From Saccostrea cucullata (lineage: Eukaryota), in contig NW_026940018.1 of the NCBI RefSeq assembly GCF_032062105.1, positions 930,001 through 984,547 of the forward strand: a DNA stretch of 54,547 bases. Direction: 5' to 3'. Positions 45,100-54,547 of this stretch are shown piece by piece. The position numbers were made by a program, and so were the translations under genes. Within the stretch, counting starts at the first letter, position 1, and the number at the start of each line of letters is the position of its first letter. The notes below the pieces were generated by a model. That model was not told where the DNA came from and did no database searches. It saw only the letters and a program-made list of their open reading frames with translations.

Positions 45100-48039
45100 G
45101 TCATTCGTCGTTCGTCGTGCGTCGTGCGTTAACATTTGAACATTTTCAGCTTCTTCTCTGAAACCACTGAACCAATTTCAACCAAATTTGGCATATAGCA
45201 TCTATGGGTGAAGGGGAACAAAAATTGTGAATTTCATGGGCCCTGCCCCCATGGGGCCTGGGGGGTGGGGCAAAAACCACTAAAATTAGTGCAATCTTTA
45301 AAAATCTTCTTCTTTACTCCTGGACATCAAGCAGTCAAACTGTTTGCATGATTGTAATCAGCATTGAGTCCAAAATTGTGAAATTCATGGCCCCGGGGTC
45401 AGGGGTTCTGGTGTTAGGGTGGGGCTAAATAAGTATATAGTGAAATTTCATGAATTCTTTGAAAATCTTCTTCTCTGCTCCTGGGTATTAAATAAACTAA
45501 CTAAGTGCATAGTTATGATGAGCAAGAGTGCCTCTACCAAAATTGTGTATTTTATGGCCCCAGGGTCAGGGGTTCTGGTGTAAGGGTGGGGCTCTATAGA
45601 TTATATAGTGAAAATACATAAATTCTTTGAAAATCTTCTTCTCTGCTCCTGGGTATTAAATAAGCTAACTAAGTGCATAGTTATGATGAGCAAGAGTGTC
45701 TCTACCAAAATTGTGAATTTTATGGCCCCAGGGTCAGGGGTTCTGGTGTTGGGGGGGGGGGGGGGGCTCTATAAATTATATAGTGAAAATACATGAATTC
45801 TTTGAAAATCTTCTTCTCTGCTCCTGGGTATTAAATAAACTAAATAAGTGCATAGTTATGATGAGCAAGAGTGCATCTACCAAAATTGTGAATTTTATTG
45901 TCCCAGGGTCAGGGGTTCTGGTGTAAGGGGTGGGTGTGGGGGCTTAATAGATTATATAGTGAAAATACATGAATTCTTTGAAAATCTTCTTCTCTGCTCC
46001 TGGGTAATAAATAAACTAAATAAGTGCATAGTTATGATAAGCAAGAGTGCCGCTACCAAAATTGTGAATTCTATGGCCCCAGGGTCAGGGGTTCTGGTGT
46101 AAGGGGGGGGGGGGCTCTATAAATTATATAGTGAAAATACATGAATTCTTTGAAAATCTTCTTCTCTGCTCCTGGGTATTAAATAAACTAAATAAGTGCA
46201 TAGTTATGATGAGCAAGAGTGTCTCTACCTTAATTTTGAATTTTATGGCCCCAGGGTCAGGGGTTCTGGTGTTAGGGGGGGGGGGGCTCTATAGATTATA
46301 TAATAGTGAAAATACATGAATTCTTTGAAAATCTTCTTCTCTGCTCCTGGGTATTAAATAAGCTAACTAAGTGCATAGTTATGATGAGCAAGAGTGCCTC
46401 TACCAAAATTGTGAATTTATGGCCCCAGGGTCAGGGGTTCTGGTGTAAGGGGGTGGGGTGGGGGGCTCTATAGATTATATAGTGAAAATACATGAATTCT
46501 TTGAAAATCTTCCTCTCTGCTCCTGGGTAATAAATAAACTAAATAAGTGCATAGTTATGATGAGCAAGAGTGCCGCTACCAAAATTGTGAATTGTATGGC
46601 CCCAGGGTCAGGGGTTCTGGTGTAAGGGGGGGGGGGCTCTATAGATTATATTGTGAAAATACATAAATTCTTTGAAAATCTTCTTTTCTGCTCCTGGGTA
46701 TTAAATAAGCTAACTAAGTGCATAGTTATGATGAGCAAGAGTGTCTCTACCTTAATTTTGAATTTTATGGCCCCAGGGTCAGGGGTTCTGGTGTTAGGGG
46801 GGGGGGGCTCTATAGATTATATAGTGAAAATACATGAATTCTTTGAAAATCTTCTTCTCTGCTTCTGGGTATTAAATAAACTAAATAAGTGCATAGTTAT
46901 GATGAGCAAGAGTGCCTCTACCAAAATTGTGAATTTTATGGCCCCAGGATCGGGGGTTCTGGTGTAAGGGCGGGGATTTATTAATTATATAGTGAAAATA
47001 CATGAATTCTTTGAAAATCTTCTTCTCTGCTCCTGGGTATTAAATAAACTAAATAAGTGCATGGTTATAATGAGCAAGAGTGCCTCTACCAAAATTGTGA
47101 ATTTTATGGCCCCAGGGTCAGGGGTTCTGGTGTAGGGGGGGGGCTCTATAGATTATATAGTAAATACATGAATTCTTTGAAAATCTTCTTCTCTGCTCCT
47201 GGGTATTAAATAAACTAAATAAGTGCATGGTTATAATGAGCAAGAGTGCCTCTACCAAAATTGTGAATTTTATGGCCCCAGGGTCAGGGGTTCTGGTGTA
47301 GGGGGGGGCTCTATAGATTATATAGTGAAAATACATGAATTCTTTGAAAATCTTCTTCTCTGCTTCTGGGTATTAAATAAACTAAATAAGTGCATAGTTA
47401 TGATGAGCAAGAGTGCCTCTACAAAAATTGTGAATTTTATGGCCCCAGGGTCAGGGGTTCTAGTGATAGGGTGGGGCTCTATTGGTTATACAATGAAAAT
47501 ACACTAAATCTTTGAAAGTTTTCTTCTCTGCTCCTTGGTATTAAGCAGATGAACTACCTATGTAGTTATGATGAGCAAGGGTCCTAATCTTCCAGAATTG
47601 TGAATTTCAAGGCCCCAGGGTCAGGGGTACCATAAAGGAGGGGGGGGGGACTGTACTTATATACTGAAACTGGATGAATTGTTTGAAATCTGCTCCTTGG
47701 TATTTATCAAATATTTTTGAAAAGCAAGGGTGCGTTTTCAAAAATTGTGCAATGTGTGGATCTAGGCCTAAGGGTCAGGGGTTCATGTGTGATTGGGGCA
47801 TTACTGATCATGCTGAATATTACTGATTACTTGAAATGCATTTTTTGTTCCCGTACCCTGCCTATGGGTATTAAGTAAACAAACTAAGCAACTGCTAAGT
47901 GTATTATTATGATGATCAATGGTGCCTATTTCAAAATTGTGAATGCCATAGCATCTGGATTAAAACATGAATCAAATTCAATCACTGGAAAGTTGTTGCA
48001 TAATGCTCAGGTGACCTATAAGGCCCATGGGCCTCTTGT
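45100..48039. mobile_element. 5'-truncated HINE/Helentron-type element with a large internal satellite
   Basis: (cgt)-rich microsatellite then aacattttcagcttcttctctgaaaccactgaaccaatttcaaccaaatttggc. 3' end gctcaggtgacctataaggcccatgggcctcttgt. The tttttagctcacctg-type 5' end is missing. Confidence 0.75.
45370..47630. repeat. ~167-176-bp tandem satellite array, about 13 units (unit size resembles oyster Cg170-type repeats)
   Basis: gaaaatcttcttctctgctcctggg recurs about every 170 bp from ~45461 to ~47514. Length variation comes mostly from a poly-G tract. Confidence 0.95.
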
Positions 48040-48518
48040 GTTTATAATATTCTTAGTAATAAAATACAGCACACATTAGCTTGAAAAAAGAATTAAATAG
48101 CCAAGCACTGACTACTGACATGTACTTAGCTTACTGTATCAAGGAACAGTATCCTAGAGGAGAATTTGAATAAATAAAATATGTATGTTATTACAAGTAC
48201 AGTTGTTCAGGTTTAATTTACTAGAGGTGATATATTGATCCGTATCTATGGCAAACCCTTCTACTAGTTATTCAGTAAATAACAATTTTTTTTCAATAAT
48301 AGAGATTTGTCTCTAGCATAGAGGGATATCTCTTCAGCTTATCGAGATATCTCGTTGACTAAAAGAGATATCTTCATACCTTAGAGGGATATCTCTTTAA
48401 ACAGAAAAGATATCTGGTTTACTTAAAGAGATATCTGGTTTACTTAAAGAGATATCTCGTTTATTTTAAGAGATATATCGTTTTCTAAGAAAACTATCTT
48501 TTTGTGCTAGAGAGATAC

Positions 48519-48712
48519 TGTAAAATCACATATTTTCGATGGTCAAATTTTCGAGGTTTGAGGAAAAGATATTGGTTTGCGGTGATTTAATGTGGTTTTA
48601 AAAATGCGTATCAAGTTTTATATTTAATGATGGTCACAAATTCTTGAGTCTCTCCATGCCTCGAAAACAATGAAAATTACCCCCCCCCCCACGAAAATTA
48701 GCTATTTTACAG
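48519..48712. mobile_element. TA-flanked MITE nested in the gagatatctc repeat block
   Basis: ta|ctgtaaaatcacatattttcg ... cgaaaattagctattttacag|ta. Confidence 0.75.
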
Positions 48713-50467
48713 TATTTTTTAAAGTTAGAGAGATGTCTCCTTAAGCGAGGGAGATATCTCTTTAAGTTAGAGAGATGTTGCTTTAACAAGGTTAAAAGAG
48801 ATATTTTCTTAGCTAGAGAGATATCTCTTTTACAGTCATCCTTAAAATAAAATAATTAGATGTTCTTAGACAAAAAATTAGCAAGCATTACTTTGGTGTT
48901 TTGAAAGATATCAGTTCATGAAAATTCTTGGATATTTCAATGAAAATTATATAAAACTAACTAAGTATGCATTCTACATGTTTGTTTTACCGAAGCTTGG
49001 TTTAGAATAAGTTTACAACACCGTATATAGACATTTAAATAAAGCACTTAGTTCCTTAAAGTATTGGAACTCTTGAACTCCATGGAGAGAGACAAAAAAG
49101 TTCCAACTACGTTGTATATTTTAGTCCTTAAAAAAACGAAACTGGAAGTATAGTCTCTGGAATAATTTCGCTGTTATAAAAAAAGGACTGAACATACAAT
49201 ATCAAAGATAATATGTGTACTATATGTAGACAAAATGTTTTAAAACCCTTGTTTAAAACAACAAATAATAATGGCAGCTTCGTTGATAAAAATGCTAAAA
49301 GTTTAATATTGAGGAAAACTAAGGTACAAGTAGAACTTTTTTAAAAAGCTTCCCGTCTTTACCAACAATCTTAAACTGTAATCTGATCTACACCTATCAG
49401 GCCGTATAATTCTTTTGAATTTCTTGATTTTGTATTTTTCTACATTAGCTTTTTACTGGCATTAGCCCTACCACGGTTGTCGCTCGGTCATCTCCGTAAA
49501 CTTTGACTCGCCGAGAGCTTTCGGCAAACCTCGGCTGATTCCATTTCCTTCTTCAAACAAGAAAGGGGAAAAGAACAATAACAAATTGTAAAGCCTGCAA
49601 GCAATAAAAATCAAATTTTATTTATAATGAAGTTAAAGAGATCTTTTTTATTTTTTGCTATACAAAAAATCATGTTATCAGGAATTAATTACTGCTGATT
49701 TTGTTGTTCGTTTTGTCATTTTTTTTTAAGATTGAAAATCTTGCAAAATTGTTAAGTCGTACGAAAATTAGATCATCAGAAAGTTATCTCCCTTGCCTTG
49801 AACAGCATTTCAACCAATGAAATAATTGAAAATTTTCTCATCATGCATTTTCTACCAATCACAAAAGAGAGGAAGTGCATAGTCCGAAGACTGTAAAATA
49901 CTTCAACTATACAATACCGTCTTCCAAGGAAGACGGTAATAAACTTAAAATCTCAAATGCAATGTAGAATATCATGAATATGATATGTCGAAATTTAAAA
50001 ATACTTTAATGTACTTCCGTGAATAGAAAGCTTTGAGAGATATCTCTTAAAGTTAACTAAAAGAGATATCTTTTTTACTGTAAGAGATATCTCCTTAACT
50101 TGGAAAGATATCTCCAAAAATAAAACAGATATCTCTTAAGGATGACGTTTACTCAGGTTTCAGAAAACAGAAAGGAAATTTTATAAAGTAAAATATGTTA
50201 AATCAAGAATTGTACTGATTGGATAAAATTACGAAGTTTTAACTCAATATCAATTTGAAAATTTAATATTTTATTAATTGAAGACAACATACAGGAACAA
50301 AAGTCAGTTATGGTAATGCAGAGGAAATTCGGATTGAATTTTTAATTTTTCATTTTTGTCAAAATTTATTATTTCTTGCAATATTTATAACAATGTAAAG
50401 GTTACATTTATTTTTAAACATCATTTTACAAATATTATGAGAATTACGGCAACAAAGGTAATATGAG

Positions 50468-51018
50468 CACAGGCACTTGTTTCGTATACAGGGATACCCC
50501 GTACCTATATTTACCAAAGGTACCTAACTCCGGTAATTGGGGTCTAAATGTTATACGGTGATTTCATTGGTTGCTAAGTTAAGGAACGCAAAAGTGAAAG
50601 TAAAGTCATGGCGTTGACAAATTCGCAACAGGAAATTCTGGATAAGGCTAATGTAGAATTAGTACCTAAAAAATAAATTATCTATAAAAATGTTATCAAT
50701 TATTTTTTTAATTGCAGATTATTTTGATTTCATGAAAAAATATTTTGTCCGTTACTGCCAAACCGGAAGTACATGTAGCTTATAGTTTGTCTTATTATGA
50801 TTTCATCTAATTATCGATGAATAAATAAGCATTTTACAACTAAAGATCTTTATAGGAGACGTCATCAATGTAGAAAAATATCTCTTGGAGCGAACTATGT
50901 CAAGATAATGTAGGTGTAAGTAAATACAAACTTGAAGCAGGGGTGTCCAAAAATGAGTTAGGTACCTTGTGGTAAATATAGGTAGGGGATATCCCCGTAT
51001 ACGAAACAAGTGCCTGTG
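50468..51018. mobile_element. 551-bp non-autonomous DNA transposon, ~60-bp TIRs, 8-bp TSD (P- or hAT-like)
   Basis: cacaggcacttgtttcgtatac...gtacctaactc / gagttaggtac...gtatacgaaacaagtgcctgtg. TSD AATATGAG at 50460-50467 and 51019-51026. Confidence 0.88.
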
Positions 51019-54000
51019 AATATGAGGCTATAAATAATTTAGAGTTTTTATCAGTCAGATTTTTTAAATATTCGATTAAAAATGGGGAAGAAATATAAAT
51101 ATGACAGAGAAAATTCGGACTTTAATAATGATCAAGTGTATGGCAAAAACTCTAATCGTCTCTTTATATGAAGCAACACTGTTCCATTGCTATAATATTT
51201 CATTATTTAAAGAGTTTTGCTGCTTGTAATATTTTGTGAGTGAAGAAAAAAATTGGTCATAGAGTGAAAAATTTAGGTATTTCCTGAGAAATACTTATGG
51301 GCCACTAGTATGAAAAGTAGGTCATTGACCTAGTTATTTGAAATTGAAATTTAACACAAGAATTATAGGTATACAAGGTGCAATAGGTGGTTTTTCGTTC
51401 TTATCAGTGGAATTTTTAGTCATCTGCCTTCAGGTGTAACATATATCTCTTCAAAGTTCAGGGATATCTCTTTTCACGAAAGAAAAATCTCTCGAGCAGA
51501 AAGAGACATTTGTTTAAGTAAGAGAGATTTATCTCTTATAAAAAGAGATATCTCTGAAAGTATGAGATATATCTCTTTAAGTTTAAGATGTAACTCTTTT
51601 TCATAGAGATATCTCTTTAAAATGAGAGATATCTTAGAAGATATATCTAATTTTTCAGAGATATCTCTGTGATTTTAAGATAAATTTATTTCCCGAATAA
51701 ATAGCAAAAGAACTTGCCATACGTAACAGCCCTGCAAATCCATGCATATGAATGCAAAAATCCTGCATTTATTTAAGAAATAAATATATTACAAGTTTAT
51801 AAACGTCATTTGGGAATTTAAGTGGGTCAGTCACATGATCAAATCCCGAGAAGGCCTTCTCATCAGATTTTTTCACGTACCGACCCACTTTAATTCCCAT
51901 TGAAGTATATTAACTTCTTATTGCAGCCCGGAGGACCGGGCTGCTCTATACATATAAGTTTAAGTGTTGGGGTGGGAGTAGTTATTTAGAATTAAAGGTT
52001 TTCTAAACATTGAAAAGATTGTTAATCAGAATGTTCTTTTCGTTTATAAATTACGAGATACAATATATAATTATTTACTTTCATAAAGTGAATCTGTAAA
52101 AATATATACGTTTTTCATATTTAATATATATAGTTGCTTATCATTTACTATCGAAAAAACGACAGGTCCCTTTTTTTAGAACATCGAATTTTACTTCTCG
52201 GATAAAAACGTTCTCTGCACAGTTCGTGTTTTATATTATAATATTGAAAAATAATACATTTTTAAATATAGGTGATGCGTGTGTCTAACTTCAATTTATA
52301 TTTTATGCAGCCAATATTTACTTGAGGAATTGATCAAGTTTAAAATGGTATCGTTTATCGATTAATTTTTATCCGACTTCTAGTTTTAAAAATATTCGCG
52401 ACTATCGTCTCCATCAATTAGACGCATATGCCTTTTCACACATATCGAAGCGGTTCGATGATCAAGACTCACTTTCATTGTTTACTTTATATATTTCCCG
52501 GGCGACAATTGATGGTTACAGCAATGTTTTCTTGTCTTATATTTATGTACTATTGCGCCGTGTGATTAGGTTACGTAATGACCTATGACCTGTGAAAAAC
52601 TTCATACAGATATGAAGATATTTGCTCTTTGTGTGGTTAATATATAACAGAGAAACCATAAATGTATATATTACTAATCATGTAATAAATCTTAATTAAG
52701 AATATCGACATGAAAACCATAGTTTTTCAAGGCTATTATATATAGTTGTCACTTTTACTAATTCGAATGTGTAATTCAATATCGGCCGATCTGTTTGTGG
52801 TTTTGTTAGAAAGTGCACATGGGGAATATGAGACGATATTTTTGTATTAGTTCAGTAGGATGATTTTTAAATGATAACATGTGTGAAATCATGAGTAAAA
52901 TATTAAAAAAAATATTCTTAAACTAAGTATCAATTAATATTAAAAAAGTTTCAAATACATTGTCATTTCTTATTAGATAATTGTCAAATTACATGTATGG
53001 TTATACAAAAAGAGTTTACAATAGGCACTCCCCGACTAGTGAGCGTGTAAGATATGGAAGAAAATCGTCAAGATTTTTTCCGGATAATAATAACGTTGTA
53101 AAAGTACATAGTTAATAAGAATTGAAACGTTGTTCAACTCGTAAAAAAATGCCTTGAATATACTATAGCTGCGAATGACATAAGGATAATATCTCTAAAT
53201 TTTGCACCGTGCCTTGCAGCATTGCCTATCCTGCAGAATTCAGTGACATTATCATGTGACAAAGACCCAGGGCATTTTAGAAGCTGGTTCATCTAAAGAG
53301 GCCAACATCTTTATTCTGATGACAATAAATTCTTATCATTTCTCATTGAATTTCAGTACATCTATGAATCCATTTTATAAGCAAATGCACTTTATGCATA
53401 AAATGGCCCTGTAGATATACCAATTAATTGATCAACACTTGATTTTCTATTTGAAGCATTAAAATAAAATAGAGACTTCGTGCTTTCATATCCTATTAAA
53501 AAAGGAGAACTGGCTTTATGAAATTGCAATGTTCTTGAATTTTTAGGTAAACAGATATAATTGCGTACTTTCAGTGAAGAAAAATAATAAGAGCGCACTC
53601 TCTGATCTAAAAAATAAAACATGTCCATTAATCCTTAGAAACAGTTCTATCATTTACTAGTTGCATATTTTAGATCAGAGGTTGCGCTCTATATTAAATA
53701 TTAAAAAATAGCTTTAAAAATTGGTCGGTTTTGTAGACTTTTTCAGAATATGAGGAAATTGACGCATTTTGTGACGTCATAATCCGTTGACTAGCCAGAA
53801 AATAACGTCATTTTTGATAGATACGCAGTCACCAAAGATCTAAGTGATATTTAATGCATTGTTAACTAAAACTATACAGTTTCAGTTTTTCAGACATTCA
53901 CAGGGCCAAATAAGGCAAAAGTGAACCTTGCTCTTTCTTCTAATTTTTCTTTTTTTGAATTATTTATTTTGTTTTGAAGGTATCCTGAAATAAAAGTGAC

Positions 54001-54547
54001 CACTATTTCAGCTTTAAATAGCGTGTGCTTTCCTAGCATTGATGTTTTTTAAATTGTGAAGTTACTTTTTGAAATGCAGAATTTTGTTTGCGGCCGATTT
54101 GATTCTTTGCATCAATTTACTATATTTCACTACAGTTTTCATGGTCTCTCTGTTTCTCAATAGCAGCATACTAGTACTGTTTTTTCATCACTGGTTTTGT
54201 GCATTTTTTTTCAAATTGGGAAAAGAAAGAAAAACGGAATCAATGAGGATATTGCCAAACAAAAATCGTTTTAAAAATTTCTGAATATTTGGTAATTACC
54301 AAAGGTTTCTAAAAAGGTAGTGTCATCATAGTTCAACAAGTCTTCTCTTTACACATGGTTACACGCAAAACGAGAATTGTCACAAGTAGACATACGAAAC
54401 AATACGTTTTGTACAAACAATTCCTTAATAAGTCGTCTGCTTGAATAGTCTGTATCACACACGCGTTTGTATTTACCTCATTTGTAGATTAAAACGCAAA
54501 CGTTCGGATGATACAGACTGATGCCTATCGCAACTTCTCGTGCCTTG

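Larger units (their letters stand above)
48245..51723. mobile_element. ~3.5-kb TIR element with blocks of ~21-bp agagatatctc subterminal repeats and nested insertions
   Basis: tatggcaaacccttctactagttattcagtaaataa (~48247) vs ttatttcccgaataaatagcaaaagaacttgccata (~51686-51721). Palindromic gagatatctc repeats at 48300-48830, 50035-50140 and 51440-51670. Confidence 0.65.

Noticed and set aside
45608-47507. Repeated ORFs MKIH(E/K)FFENLLLCSW...
   Set aside because: Translation of satellite monomers, with frame set by poly-G length.
30772-47630. CRISPR-like arrays
   Set aside because: Head-to-tail 160-170 bp satellites with no unique spacers, in eukaryotic DNA.
51950-54547. Coding exons or the missing start exon of copy 6
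   Set aside because: No MADxES-like exon or convincing splice-bounded ORF found. AT-rich intergenic/repeat sequence.

Overview
AT-rich, intron-containing eukaryotic DNA, most likely from a bivalve mollusc (oyster-like). This is inferred from the gene families and the repeat types: HINE/DINE-1-like Helentron derivatives with internal ~150-170 bp satellites, tRNA-derived SINEs and poly-G/C MITEs. Manual splice reconstruction gives: (1) a complete 9-exon FBXO31 orthologue on the minus strand (1661-7893, 386 aa), with a stop-containing duplicate exon in one intron; (2) a minus-strand tandem cluster of six PLAC8/cornifelin-family Cys-rich gene copies (10.3-45 kb), of which three look intact and three are decaying in complementary ways after a segmental duplication (about 27.8-37.8 kb vs 39.8-45.0 kb); (3) two spliced genes with no family I recognise, a 118-aa minus-strand gene at 15770-16428 and a 193-aa plus-strand gene at 23535-25531; (4) two near-identical ~1.4 kb non-autonomous DNA transposons with CAC...GTG termini and 5-bp target-site duplications (Transib/RAG-like signature) that bracket the 118-aa gene; (5) many nested MITEs, SINEs and satellite-bearing Helentron-type elements. 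Most entries in the ORF track are spurious or exon fragments. All homology calls are from recalled family motifs, not database searches.
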